Part shown: positions 1-13,110 of the stretch, in pieces
Layout of the letters: every line of letters begins with the position of its first letter
Position numbering within the stretch: the first letter of the stretch is position 1
Assembly: GCA_951406725.2 (NCBI GenBank)
Contig: OX597839.1
Location: 22,196,001-22,260,000 of the forward strand
Source of the DNA: Octopus vulgaris
Taxonomy: Eukaryota
DNA length: 64,000 nt
Direction: 5' to 3'
The notes under the pieces: generated by a model
Seen by the model: only the letters and a program-made list of their open reading frames with translations
Databases searched by the model: none
What the model was told of the DNA's origin: nothing
Made by a program: the position numbers and the translations under genes

Positions 1-1446
1 AGAAATGAGATAAGAAGTAATACCTATCTAAAGCACGTGTGTAACCTTCTTCTGCATGCTGTATATGTACACCCCCCAAAAAAAAATTCACGTTATATAA
101 CTTATGGAACGTTGTCTCCTTTCCACCCTCTACAGCAATGTATTTCTTGTGGGGCCCGGGGGCGGCGGCAAATGGAAGGGCCGCTCCGGGCGGCACAGAC
201 TGTAGCTAGTGTTTGCGAGGCATTCATTGCTGATTTGCTGTTATTGCAATAGGAGACCCAATTGCTCTGACCCCATTGGAGGGGGTTAATTAAGTCAATG
301 GAGGTTTAGTGTGCGGTGTTTAGTTTGCATGTAGGTCAGGTTTCAGTAGGAAGTTTGGGATGATGATGATGGAGGGGGGATGGCCATCAGGTCCAAGATG
401 TTTAAGAGGAACGACTAAAATGCAGGAACGTCTTTTATTCAGTTTCTCGTCCTTGTCTCTCGAGGTGAGTGATGGAGGAGAGAAAGTCTGCAGAGAGTTT
501 GGGTTTTAAGAAGGCCTTCCTTTAACGGCGATTAAGGAGCGAGAAGGATGATGTTGTTAAGGACCGTCTCATTCACATTTGAGATGTTGGAAGGGTGTAT
601 GTTTGGATGACAGCTAACAGGGTCAGGAGATGTTCTTGGAGATGGGACTCGCTAAAGCGGGCGTTCAAATTTCGGGAGAGGTCTTTGGAGAGGGAGAGAG
701 GGAGGAGAGTGGGAGAGAGAGGAGGAGGAGAGAAGGGGAAAGAGGAGAGGGAGGAATTGTGTGTGGTGAAGAGGGCTGCATTTTGTTTTGAGGACATTGC
801 AAGTGTGAGTTGCCAACTGTTTCAAGCTGCTTACCTATTACAATGTCTTTGCCATCGTTTAATGGGAAGGACTGAAAAAAAAAGAAAAATATATTTTAAT
901 AATGGAAAAATAAATGACAAAACTCACAGCGGATAATGTCGTCCTGTATATACAAAACAAATGGAATGGTCACGACTGGAATGGTTGAATGTAGGTTTGC
1001 TCAATCAGAGCCGACGTCAGGTTATACAAGAACAGCAACAATCAGCTGATCAAATGATCGATCACTGCAGTATGGTTGGGCCTGCAAAAGGCCGTACGAC
1101 TAAAGACAGAAAACAAAAGACTCCTTTTGCAAACAGCAATTTGAGAGTGAAAGGAGGAACAGTTCCACCAGCGGATCTCGAACCTTCTGCCTATCGCTTG
1201 CCAGACGACTTTGTCACCGATAATCGTCATCGTCATGTACCGTACGCCTGCATGGCATCGAAGACACAAAACGAAAGCCATCCCAATGAAGATCCAGTTC
1301 TGCAGCTGTCTCTCCTGTCCAACCATCTCATCATATTCTCCATCCATGCCATTCTTTGCCCGACTCTCAACCTCCTTCCTACCCTCTCATCTTCCTTCTA
1401 TGATAATGTTTCCAACACCTCTGTTCCTTTGAATTTCGCTATACCC

Positions 1447-1641
1447 TTTTACTCTTTTACTTGTTTCAGTCATTTGACTGCAGCCATGCTGGAGCACCGC
1501 CTTTAGTCGAGCAAATCGACCCCCGGGACTTATTCTTTGTAAGCCCAGTACTTATTCTATCGGTCTCTTTTGCCGAACCGCTAAGTGACGGGGACGTAAA
1601 CACACCAGCATCGGTTGTCAAGCAATGCTAGGGGGTCAAAC

Positions 1642-1701
<60 letters not shown>

Positions 1702-1758
1702 GACAGGCTTCTTTCAGTTTCCGTCTACCAAATCCACTCACAAGGCATTGGTCGGCCA
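1447..1758 (-). mobile_element. SINE family B, 5'-truncated
   Basis: Match to 63205-63622. Confidence 0.88.
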
Positions 1759-1893
1759 ATAGACGAGCTTTTGTTTTTTTCACAATGTTTAGTAGCATTT
1801 ACATCACTCTAGAAATAGCAGTTAAGTCTCCCTCACTCTATACATTATAGTCTTAAAACCTCCTCGATTCATCGTCGTTTCATCGCAGCGAAT

Positions 1894-1985
1894 TCATGAC
1901 ATGAACATTTTTTTCCGATTAAGCGCCACCTCTCTGGTCGCTTTGCCTCTCCTGTCCAACCAACTCTTGATATTGTCCATCCGGA
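1894..1985 (-). CDS. Candidate terminal exon, possibly gene B
   Basis: Follows a 93-nt T-rich gt..ag intron. Encodes (V)RMDNIKSWLDRRGKATREVALNRKKMFMS*. Confidence 0.38.
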
Positions 1986-2078
1986 CTGGGGTTAAACAAC
2001 AACAGATACTAACAAATATGAAAAAAAACCCCAACAAACTCACAAAAATATAAATGATTAAAAGCGAGAATTCCTTAC

Positions 2079-2122
2079 CATAATCATGAGGTGTCCAAGA
2101 AGTGCCATTTTCCAAAAGGTTA
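2079..2122 (-). CDS. Candidate small exon, possibly gene B
   Basis: Acceptor gtatcttttcag|, donor ATG|gtaagg, 44 nt, phase 2 in and phase 1 out. Encodes NLLENGTSWTPHDY and is phase-compatible with the 20405 donor. Confidence 0.4.
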
Positions 2123-2741
2123 CTGAAAAGATACAAATTCATATCAAAGATAGCAATATATGAGAGATACTGGTTTTGTTAACCCTGAAAACTTGAACTC
2201 GTGTGGTCGAAGGTACGACTGCCTAAGACAGCGTTGTCGTAACCATAGAGTTTCAGGTTCGATCCGACTGTGTACCATGTTAGGCAGAGGTTTTTTGTGT
2301 AAGCCTCTTGTTGACTAATGTCTTGGAACATTTGGTTGACGAAAATTTGGCATGAAAGCAGTGCCATCTCAACAGCTTTTTGGCCTCTGAGAAAAGCAAC
2401 GCCCCCCTCCCTCCACATAAGCGCAGCAAACATTGATTAGCATAACTAATTAACGAAGTTATTGTAATTTTTAATTACAGTCGGCGGTTTCTTCTGTCTG
2501 ACCGATTTTAGAAAAGAGGGGGAACTAAAAAAATTACATAATCTGTGGCAATGTTTTACCTTTATTTTTCTCAACGACAATCCTTCCCGCTATAGGAAGT
2601 ATTGTGGTTGTAGAGGTTTACATGGCCATCCCCACTTAAAACACAAACAAAATGATTCCTCCGAGATTCCCAGCTGTATTATCATTACATAACGATCCTG
2701 GGAAACACTGGTGGTGGTGACCACCTTCGGTCAGACACTGA

Positions 2742-3055
2742 CCATGGGTTTGCACCTAGAGAGTTACCCTCTGAGGCACAAGTCTGGCCAAGGTTGTTTA
2801 TGGAAGACCAGCAGTCGCCCATGCATACCGGCCTCCCCTCTCCACGTCACCGATGTTGTCCAAGGGAAAGGCAAAGGGGCCGATACAGCTTGGCACCCGT
2901 GACATCGCAACTCATTTCTACAGCTGAGTGTACTGGAGCAACGTGAAATAAAGTGTCTTGCTCAAGAACACAACACGCAGCCCGGTCCGGGATTCGAGCT
3001 CTCAACCTCACGATCGTAAGCTCGACGCTCTAACCATTGAGCCACGCGCCTTCAC
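2742..3055 (-). mobile_element. tRNA-derived SINE family D
   Basis: Head GGCGCGTGGCTCAATGGTTAGAGCG...TCGAATCCC and body GTTGTGTTCTTGAGCAAGACACTT. Copies at ~8838-9102(+), ~26907-27120(+), ~27188-27525(+) and ~58512-58750(-). Confidence 0.85.
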
Positions 3056-4734
3056 AAGTAATAATCACTAGTAATAATGGGAAACACTAGTAATAATCGA
3101 TTAAATTGACCCCGGTATTTTATTTTTCTCCCCTCGATAAGGACAGAACCTAAAGTTGACCTTTTGCGTCAACTTTACGTAATTTGAACTCGGATCATGA
3201 AAGATTGGAACTAAATACTGAAATTGTAGTGAAACTGGATATGCTTAAAATGTTGGTATTTTATTAAATTATAATTAAGAAATAATGTTATTAGACTTAT
3301 TCCCCATTGAGATTACAGAAATAGGTTTGAATGTTGAAGTAGGCAAAAAGCAGAAATATTTATTTCAAATTAATAAAACTTAGTCGTAGATGTTAGTTCC
3401 AGGTCAGACAACACCAGAATAAAAGTGTTCCAGCCATGACCATTTCCTGGAATAATATATCTAAAACTACGTTATTCTATGTGGCCTTTCATTTTGAATA
3501 CAGGGAGAAGACTAGGCTGCCGTTTTTAGCAAGTCGAGCGACCATTGGATCAGCTGGAGATTCTAAGAAAGGTAGAGTTGGTACTGAGATGTTTGGTTGA
3601 TAGAATTAGTTTGTATATTATTACGGTGACGTGTATTTTTCTGTTGAGGAGGTCTAATAAAATCGAAACACTTCTACAATTATCTCTCTTTGTAGCTAAA
3701 AACCTTAATATCAGTCAGTGACTTAATATTCCGATGTCCCTTGCATTGTTTCCTTGGTCCAACGTCACGAATATTTAAGGATGGGACGCAGTCTGTTCAC
3801 GTGACCCTGGAGCAATGTTTCCAAACTGGTGCATCATGAAATTATCCGAGATGAGAATTATACACTAATTACGATAGAAAATTAATTAAAACCAATAAAG
3901 AAAAACGTTATTTTGTTGTCTCCGGAGAGTCTTTACGCAAATAATTCACGCAATGAATCCAATGCAAACCAAATGCAAAAACGAAACTGTTTCTAAACGA
4001 GTAAAGATCGAATGTCGCATCATTTCATTTCCAACCCCGATGCCATAAGGACCGCCCCCCTACGCCGCGCTTCCTTGTTGTTGTCGTATACCAAAACATG
4101 GACAAATTTTGAGGCAGCGGTGGAAACGGTTGGCCACCAGAATAATTATCTTTGTAATATTAACTCACACATTCCGCCGAGGTCGATTTTGCCTTTCATC
4201 CTTTCTGGGTCGATGAATTAAGTACCAGTTGCGTACTGGGATCGATCTAATCGATTGGCCCCATCCTTAAATATTCGTGACGTTGGATTAAGGAAACAAT
4301 GCAAGGGACATCGGAATATTAAGTCACTGACTGATATTAAGGTTTTTTTGTCCAAAATTTCGGACCTTGTGCCTCGAGCAGAAAGGAATATTTACTTTAC
4401 ACAAAGCCAAAACTTGGAAATGGGAATGGTTAGTCTATTAAATACACTCTTAGAGGAGTTGATTGGGAGAACAACGAAGGATAAAGTAGACTTCGGCAGG
4501 ATTTTAACTCTGAACATTAAGGGCTGGATATAATACCAGCTTTCTGACGATTCTGTTTCTTTTCAACACAGACTCAATGCTAGAAATACGATGTGAGGGG
4601 AACAAGAGATTATGTCGACACCTGTATTTGACAGGTATTTTATTTTTATCAACCTGAAAAAAAAAAACAAAAAAACCGAAAAAGGGCGAAGTCGCGGCAG
4701 GATTTGAGCTCAGAACACAGACGGTCATAACTAA

Positions 4735-5128
4735 ACATGGGCTCCAAATTTTGCCACAAGGCCAGCAAGTTGGGGGGAGGAGGGGGTTAAGTCAATTACA
4801 TCGACCCCAGTATGTCACTGGTACTTATTTTATCGACTCTCGAAAAGATGAAAGGCAAAGTCGACCTCGGCGGAATTTGAACTCAGAACGTAACGGTAGC
4901 CGAAATACCTATTTCTTTACTACCCACAAGGGGCTAAACACAGAGAGGACAAACAAGGACAGACAAACGGATTAAGTCGATTATATCGACCCCAGTGCGT
5001 AACTGGTATTTAATCAACCTCGATAGGATGAAAGGCAAAGTCGACCTCGGCGAAATTTGAACTCAGAACGTAGCGGCAGACGAAATACCGCTAAGCATTT
5101 CGCCCGGTTCTGCCAGGTCGCTATCTTT
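4735..5128 (-). mobile_element. SINE family A nested dimer
   Basis: Young tail joined to GGTATTTCG of a second body that ends in the older tail type. Confidence 0.85.
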
Positions 5129-5759
5129 TCTTTACTAAACATTGAAACTCTTTTTGGTTCGATGCTCCAACAAGTCTGCTAATGTTGCCAAGCAAACAGT
5201 TGAACCGATATAATCCGCTAGTTCCCACCACCAAAATTGAAGTTTTGTCTTGTGACTAAATTAGGAATTAATATTTAGGTCACGGGTGGACTGGCGAAAT
5301 GGATTGAGGGTCTAAATACCTTGCGATGTTTAATTCTAGCCTTTTACATCGAATTTAAAACTACAAGGGTTCATCCATTTTTTCGACAATAACCAATAAC
5401 AGTGATAATATAGTGACAGTCGATTCAATCCTACCGTGCCCTAGCCACCAAAATTACTTTGAGGTCATGTACCTGGAGTAGGAAAAAAGGTCGAGTTCCT
5501 TAGAGTGACATGTGGTGGTTGTTATCACTAGCTGTGTTAACCACGTGTTAACCCTTCACGAGCCCACAGACCATTCAAACATTTCGGGGTATTTCTTTGC
5601 GTAAAACCACGTCTACCTGCCTTGGACCCGTTTTAAATGAAATCTGGAAGGTAAAAAAAAAAAGAAAAAAAGAGCCAAGACAACTGTAGCTGTATTTGAA
5701 CGCAGAAGGTCGGAAGTCGGCCTTTCACTATCTTTCTACATTTATTAATACGAATTTGG

Positions 5760-6146
5760 TGGAGGCGCAATGGCCCAGTGGTTAGGGCAGCGGACTCGCG
5801 GTCATAGGATCGCGGTTTCGATTCCCAGACCAGGCGTTGTGGGTGTTTATTGAGCGAAAAACACCTAAAAGCTCCACGAGGCTCCGGCAGGGGATGGTGG
5901 TGATCCCTGCTGTACTCTTTCACCACAACTTTCTCTCACTCTTACTTCCTGTTTCTGTTGTACCTGTATTTCAAAGGGCCGGCCTTGTCACTCTCTGTGT
6001 CACGCTGAATATCCCCGAGAACTACGTTAAGGGTACACGTGTCTGTGGAGTGCTCAGCCACTTACACGTTAATTTCACGAGCAGGCTGTTCCGTTGATTC
6101 GGATCAACCGGAACCCTCGTCGTCGTAACCGACGGAGTGCTTCCAT
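5760..6146 (+). mobile_element. tRNA-derived SINE family C
   Basis: Head GGAGGCGCAATGGCCCAGTGGTTAGGGC...GGTTTCGATTCCC; near-identical to 56672-57059. Confidence 0.9.
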
Positions 6147-6518
6147 AGCCAATACGAACTAACCCTAACTAACCTATGTATGGTCGTTCGACCTGCTAGG
6201 AATAGCAGCAAATCTCGAATCTCAATCTGCCACTGAAAATAGGTCACGCTGGATAATGCAGTCACGGATAAATATGATGGAGTGCTCATGGATGGAAAGC
6301 CGTTGATCATCAGTTTGTGCAATCAGACTTGAGTGTTGTTATCACTTGTTTTTGCATGCGAAAGTTAGGGACAAGATTTTCTAGAATCCTCCAACACACG
6401 CGAACACAAAATAGGATGGGATTTCGTTAGTGTGGTCTTTCCAAAGAGCAGGGACATAATACGCAAAAGGGGTCCAGGGACATAATACGCAAAGGGGTCC
6501 TCGGTAGTAAAAATCTCT

Positions 6519-6750
6519 GGCGGCGAGCTGGCAGAAACGTTAGCACGCCGGGCGAAATGCTTAGCGGTATTTCGTCTGCGTTACGTTGTGAGTTCAAATT
6601 CCGCCGAGGTCGACTTTGCCTTTCATCCTTTCGGGGTCGATAAATTAAGTACCAGTTATGCACTGGGGTCGATGTAATCGACTTAATACCTATGTCTGTC
6701 CTTGTTTGTCCCCTCTGTGTTTAGCCCCTTGTGGGTAATAAAGAAATAGG
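6519..6750 (+). mobile_element. tRNA-derived SINE family A, young monomer
   Basis: A-box-like GAGCTGGCAGAA, B-box GAGTTCAAATTCC, central GTCGACTTTGCCTTTCATCCTTTCGGGGTCGATAAA (resembles the Meta/MESC SINE domain), tail AAAGAAATAG, TSD GGTAGT(A/T)AAAATCT. Confidence 0.9.
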
Positions 6751-7126
6751 TAGTTAAAATCTGACGGTATTTTTTTTTTAGTAAAAAAATGGCTTTTGAA
6801 ATTTTATCCATTTGGTAGGTAAGGTCTGGGCTACTCACCGTTGGGATCATTAAGGGGTAAAGCCCCCATGAAACAGTAATTATATCCACTCAAGATAAGA
6901 TAAAGCTAAATCTGGTATTAATCAAATGGAAACTATAAAAAGTTACGACAAAATGTCAAATTAAAACAGCTTAAATCTTGCTAGCTTATCAATTAACCGC
7001 ACCCCATCGGGAACACACACTGATTGAGGATGTTTAATTGTAGCCGTTTACGTTGAGTTCAAAACTACAAGGGTTCATCCATCTTGTGCTTCATCTTTTC
7101 GACGTGATGGTCATCAACAGTAACTA

Positions 7127-7384
7127 TTTGGTTGGTGCATAATCATTGTGGCTTTTTTTCTTTGCCAACAAATTTTATTCAACAAAAACAATAAAAATAT
7201 TTAACAAAGACATCTTTAAATGACAGTCTGACCGTCTGCCAAGCAAATGGGAAGCAGCAATTGAAGTAGATGGTGAATATGCTCCGGAATAATCATTTCA
7301 AGATGTTTTTGTTACATGTTGTTATTGTTTTTGTGGAATAAAATTTGTTGAAAAAAAGCCGCAATAATTATACACCAACCCAAT
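7127..7384 (+). mobile_element. Non-autonomous mariner deletion derivative
   Basis: TIRs TTGGTTGGTGCATAATCATTG.GGCTTTTT and its reverse complement; internal LPSKWEAAIEVDGEYAPE* resembles a mariner C-terminus. Confidence 0.75.
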
Positions 7385-7562
7385 AATAGTGATAATACAG
7401 TGACAGCCAATTCAATCCCACCACGCCCCACCCATATAAACTACTTTGAGGTCATGTACTTCATGTACCCAGAAAAAGATTGGGTTTCCACCAATGAGCG
7501 AAACATTAAATGTGTGTGTGTGTGTATGTATCTTTCTCTCTAGTTTCAGCTCAGAGCTGATG

Positions 7563-7625
<63 letters not shown>

Positions 7626-7728
7626 AAACTTTATATATGTAAAATTCACGAATTGACGAACACGGAAAGCAGACAGTCATTACTTCATTCTTCAGTCAGA
7701 AATCGATTCATCATGGCAAATTTCGGCT

Positions 7729-7779
<51 letters not shown>

Positions 7780-7989
7780 CTTTAATGTTTTGCGTAGGCA
7801 TTGTGCTGTTAATAACCTGGTCAGAAGTCAATGTACGTTTGCTTCGGAACGAAGCGTCGGTCGAGAACAGAATGGTAACATGAAATTAGTGTCGGCATTT
7901 CCTACATATGTTATGCTTTTTTGCTGGTTAATGCTTGTGTGTGTGTGTGTGTGTGTAAATGCTTTCCCAAAAATGCACTTCGTGTTTGA

Positions 7990-8070
7990 AGCTCTGATGA
8001 AGCACTGGAGCAATACTCAAGTATCCAACTACGAGTGCATTGCTTCTCATAGCAGAAACAGCTGTCAGCT
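7990..8070 (+). ncRNA. Minimal type-I hammerhead ribozyme motif
   Basis: Stem I AGCT/AGCT, core CTGATGA (7994-8000), long stem II (GGAGCAAT/ATTGCTTC, ACTC/GAGT), GAAA, palindromic stem III ACAGCTGT, cleavage triplet GTC (8064-8066). Confidence 0.75.
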
Positions 8071-9552
8071 AATGATGTACATAACAGAATTGTTTATTCT
8101 TTTCTCATTCGAGTTCCTTATTACCGTTCTGTTCTCAACTGACGCTTCTTCCTGAAGCATATGGATATTGAACATCCGGTTATTAGTATCACTTAGTCTC
8201 AGTGAAATCAGTGTGTGTGTGTGTCACAGGAAAATGAAAAACAAAAACGCAATCAGTATAGTTTAGAAACAAAGAACATTCAAAAGGTGGAAACCCAATG
8301 CCAGGTCTTCGAGTGTTGCCGTATGTATGGGGTAAGTGTCTTTAAATAAGGGACCTGGTTTGAAGACCAGCCATTGAGTGGACTCCAATAAAGATACACA
8401 AAGACAGGGTGGTGGTGTTAAACCAGGTTAACGTCAATCACACATAAACAAAGGGAAAGGTCTGCTCTGATGGGTTTCCACATCGTTTCCGTTTACCAGA
8501 TTTTCGTTGCAAGGTTTTGGCCGATCTGAGGATACGGCCGAAGACATTTGTCAAAGATGCCGTATCGTAGGCTTGAACCTACAACCATGTGGTTGCAAGA
8601 GCGTAGGTAACGGTGCAGGGGCAATAGAGACTATGAGTCCCAGGTGGCACTTCAATGCGGGAGGCACTTTCGTGTCTACTTTGTTAGTCGCACACACTCA
8701 AGCTACGCCACTGCCTGGTTTTAAAATGAGATTCTTAGCAACATAGTAAAACATTTATAAATTAATTCGAGACATTAACAGCGGAAGTATGGATTCGTCA
8801 CGACAATATATACATGCTTAATATATATATATATATATGTTGTGTTCTTGAGCAAGGCACTTTATTTCACGTTGCTCCAGTTCACTCAGCTGTAGAAATG
8901 AGTTGCGACGTCACTGGTGCCAAGCTGTATCGGCCCCTTTGTCTTTCCCTTGGATAACATCAGTGGTGTGGAGAGGGGAGGCTGGTATGCATGGGTGACT
9001 ACTGGTCTTCCATAAACAACCTTGCCCGGACTTGTGCCTCAGAGGGGAACTTTCTAGGTGCAATCCCATGGTCATTCATGACCGAAGGGGGTCTTTACCC
9101 TTTATATATATGTATATGTGTGTGTGTGTGTGTGGATATATGGATTTTGAGACAGAAAGTGACATATTTGAAGGAGAAGTGGAATACAGGACACTCGATC
9201 AATTCAGTTCCAGTATTTGGTCGTAAGTCAAGCAAGTTATTTTATCGAACACCATTAATCGATATCTGAATGAACCGAGAACAGAAAACAGAAAGTGAAG
9301 AAATAAACTGAATGAATTGGAAAAAAAAAAAAAAAGTGGTCAGCCTTACTGGCAACGGCGTTCCTCATGGTTCTGCGAGTAAAGTCAACAAATATTGTCT
9401 TCCGAATAAATAAATATTTTTGGGGTGGGGTGGGGAAGATAGATAATTTTTTTTTTTTTTTTTTTTGTGGAACACTTGTGTCTGTCTGGGTGAGGAATGG
9501 ACAATATAAAAGAACTCCGTCCTTCACGAGAATCTTTTATATACAGGTGCGA

Positions 9553-9590
<38 letters not shown>

Positions 9591-9696
9591 CTGCGCGCGC
9601 ACGCACACATTATTCATCTTTTGCTCTTCGTTCAACGTTCAATTCCTGCCCTTTCTTAGATGCAAATTATCTCTCTCTCTCTCTCTATGCGTAATA

Positions 9697-10156
9697 ATCC
9701 TTCCTACTGAAGGTACAAGGGCTGAAATTTGGGGGAGGGAGGGAGCTAGTCGATTATATCGACCCCAGGGTTTCAATGCTACTTATTTCATCGTAAGGCA
9801 GAACCGTTAGCACGCCGGGAGAAATGCTTAGCGGCATTTCGTCTGTCTTTACGTTCTGAGTTCAAATTCCGCCGAGGTCGACGTTGCCTTTCATCCTTTC
9901 GGGGTCGATTAAATAAGTACCAGTTACGCACTGGGGTCGATATAATCGACTTAATCCGTTTGTCTGTCCTTGTTTGTCCCCTCTGTGTTTAGCCCCTTGT
10001 AGATAGTAAAGAAATAGGTACTTATTTCATCGACCCCGAAAGGACGAAAAGCAAAGTCAACCTGGGCAGAATTTGAACTCAGAACGTAGCGACAGACGAA
10101 ATAGCACTAAGCATTTCGCCCGATGTGCTAACCATTCTGCCAAGCTCGTCGCCTTA
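9697..10156 (-). mobile_element. Old SINE A with a young SINE A (plus strand, ~9795-10018) inserted in opposite orientation
   Basis: TSD TACTTATTTCATCG flanks the inner copy. Confidence 0.85.
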
Positions 10157-11163
10157 ATAATAAAAATAATAATGACGATGATGATTATGAAACAGTAAAA
10201 GCCAAAACCTCAGAATTTTTTGTGCCATTTTGCAAAAGATGTCCAAGTGCCGTTTAGTTGCTGCTGGATTGTTGCTTGTTTATTTGGTGGTTTCCGAGGC
10301 ATTAAGTTGATGAGAGAGAAATCTTCTCCTGGCTAGGGACCCAGTCTTTCGAAGTCAACTTTTTCCATGCAGAAGGATTTAACTCAACATTAATCTAACA
10401 AGACAACCAATCCCTCGTTAATATTACGTTGTTGCTACAGCTGGCCACATCGGGGCGAGAGTCCATGAGGAACTTCGGTTAAGCTTTGTTCACAGTTTGG
10501 GAGGCATTTGTACAACTGTACAAGAGAATCATGGGTGGATACTCCGGGTGCGCTAGGTGTGTGCTGCTCACCCATCGAAAATGGCAGATTCATTATAAAT
10601 ATCAAATTTGTTCGTGCTCCAGCATGGCCGCAGTCAAATGACTGAAACAAGTAAAAGAGTAAAAGAGTAAAGAGTAATTTAATCACAAATCTTGATGGAA
10701 AACTTTTGTTATACCTCCGCTTGAAATTTGCTGGCATTGGGAGTCCTCAAATAACACTGCACAACTCACAGTACATTGTATCATAATATGGTATCGCGTG
10801 AATCGTAGGATAATGGATGAATGGCAAAGAATTACTGGCGAAGGGTGTGCGATAGCTTTGACAAGCACGGTCGCATGTTCGTTTTCGTGCCGAGAAGTTA
10901 TACGTTTAAATTAATTCAAGATTCCTAAAGTAAAACCAATTTGTTTCACAGTAACTTTTTTCTTCCAATATCATCCAATAACTTCGATCTCAATTTGTTT
11001 ACAAAACTAATAACAAAGTGGTTCGTTGTACGATGAGGTTATCCAACATTTTACGTCTTAAACAAGAAGAATAACACTTACATATAAGTAATTGTATGCG
11101 CATAAGAGAATTATGGCTTATTTTAGAATGCTGGCAATTTATAGGGTATTAGAAATTCAGTTT

Positions 11164-11766
11164 AAGGCGGCGAGCTGGCAGAAACGTTAGCACGCCGGGC
11201 GAAGTGCTTAGCGGTATTTCGTCTGAGTTCAAATTCCGCCGAGGTTGACTTTGCCTTTCATCCTTTCGGGGTCGATTAAATAAGTACCAGTTACGCACTG
11301 GGGTCGATATAATCGACTTAATCCGTCTGTCCTTGTTTGTCCCCTTTGTGTTTAGCCCCTTGTGGGCAATAAAGAAATAAGAATCGTTAGCACGCTGGGC
11401 GAAGTGCTTAGCGGTATTTCGTCTGCCGCTATGCTCTGAGTTCAAATTCCGCCGAGGTCGACTTTGCCTTTCATCCTTTCGGGGTCGATTAAATAAGTAC
11501 CAGTTATGCACTGGGGTCGATATAATTGACTTAATCCGTTTGTCTGTCCTTGTTTGTCCTCTCTGTGTTTCGCCTCTTGTGGGTAGTAAAGAAATAGGTA
11601 TTTCGTCTGCCGCTACGTTCTGAGTTCAAATTCCGCCGAGGTCGACTTTGCCTTTCATCGTTTCGGGGCCGATAAAATAAGTACCAGTCATGCACTGGGG
11701 TCGATGTGATTGACTTAATCCCTTCCCCCAAGTTTTAGGCCTTGTGCCTAGAGTAGAAAAGATTAG
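11164..11766 (+). mobile_element. SINE family A nested trimer
   Basis: Three bodies head to tail; the last has the old tail GGCCTTGTGCCTAGAGTAGAAAAG. Confidence 0.88.
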
Positions 11767-12217
11767 AAATCCAGTTTACTTCAGAGCCCTATATTTGTAT
11801 CCCAATTGAATTAGGTTCCCATTATTTACATTTTGGATAGAAATACAAATGTTTGTTCGCCTGATTTGAGTAATTTAGCAAATTTAAAGTGATTTCTTTT
11901 GTGCTGTAAAATCCAGGGCTGTTTATTGGTGAATGCTTTTTGAAATTTCTGCAGGTGGTTGGTGGGTCTTGGGCAATAGAGAGATCAAAGTTATGGTTAA
12001 TCGTCCGCTCGACTCAACAACCAGGAAATTCCAGAAACTGTATCAACATTCCTGTCGGATCTTTTAAAGTAAATATTCCCAGTTTCCGGTTCCTGTGTCA
12101 AATTTTGTTTGGGTCCATTTCTCTTCTCTTTCTACCTTCCTTTTTTCTCTTTTTGGCCATCGATCACAATTCCTATTTCACCTTCCGGTCACTCCTCGTC
12201 GACGCATAATAATCGAT

Positions 12218-12632
12218 TGGCAAGCTGGCTGAAACGGTAGCACGACGGGCGAAATGCTTAGCGGTATTTCGTCTGCCGTTACGTTGTGAGTTCAAATTCC
12301 GCCGAGGTCGACTTTACCTTTCATCCTTTCGGGGTCGATAAATTAAGTACCAGTTACGCACTGGGGTCGATGTAATCGACTTAATACCTATGTCTGTCCT
12401 TGTTTGTCCCTTCTATGTTTAGCCCCTTGTGGGTAATAAAGAAATAGGTATTTCGCTTGTCGTTACGTTGTGAGTTCGAATTCCGTCGAGGTCGACTTTG
12501 CCTTTCATCCTTTCGGGATCGATAAATTAAGTACCAGTTACGCACTGGGGTCGATGTAATCGACTTAATACCTATGTCTATCCTTGTTTGTCCCCTCTAT
12601 GTTTAGCCCCTTGTGGGTAATAAAGAAATAGG
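12218..12632 (+). mobile_element. SINE family A dimer
   Basis: Junction AAAGAAATA-GGTATTTCG at ~12447. Confidence 0.88.
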
Positions 12633-12876
12633 TACTCCTGTGATGTGACATTCATCTTCTTGGTAGTCAATACTCTAAGTGGAAACTGGAGGTTCTTCAG
12701 CTAATCAATGGGGAGCGCTGTTGTGATGGGAAAATCTGTGTATTTCTCGCGTTCTGAAAGACAACTGGACATATTCCGGCACGTCTGGAACAACTTTGGT
12801 TTCGCTTCATATTTACGGTTTTTGCTCTTTTTTTTTTTACCTTTTTGCCATCAGTCCTTTCTTGTCACTTCAGCCT

Positions 12877-13110
12877 CTATTTCTTTACTACCCACAAGGG
12901 GCTAAACACAGAGGGGGCAAACAATGAGGGACAAACGGATTAAGTCGATTACATCGACCCCAGTGCGTAACTGGTACTTATTTAATCGACCCCGAAAGGA
13001 TGAAAGGCAAAGTCAACCTCGGCAGAATTTGAACTCAGAACGTAACGGCAGACGAAATACCGCTAAGCATTTCACCCGGCGTGCTAACGTTTCTGCCAGC
13101 TCGCCGCCTT
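12877..13110 (-). mobile_element. SINE family A monomer
   Basis: Full head, body and young tail. Confidence 0.88.

Noticed and set aside
250-1440. ORFs 573-797 and 961-1506, possible retroelement relic
   Set aside because: No diagnostic motif, and the longer ORF runs into a SINE.
5760-5835. tRNA-like sequences (also 56672, 63205, ~3050, 53238)
   Set aside because: They have A and B boxes but are heads of multi-copy SINEs with bodies, tails and in some cases TSDs.
11149-11731. Recurrent peptide WYLxxRPRKDERQSRPRRNLNS in many ORFs
   Set aside because: It is the antisense translation of SINE family A, not a protein family.
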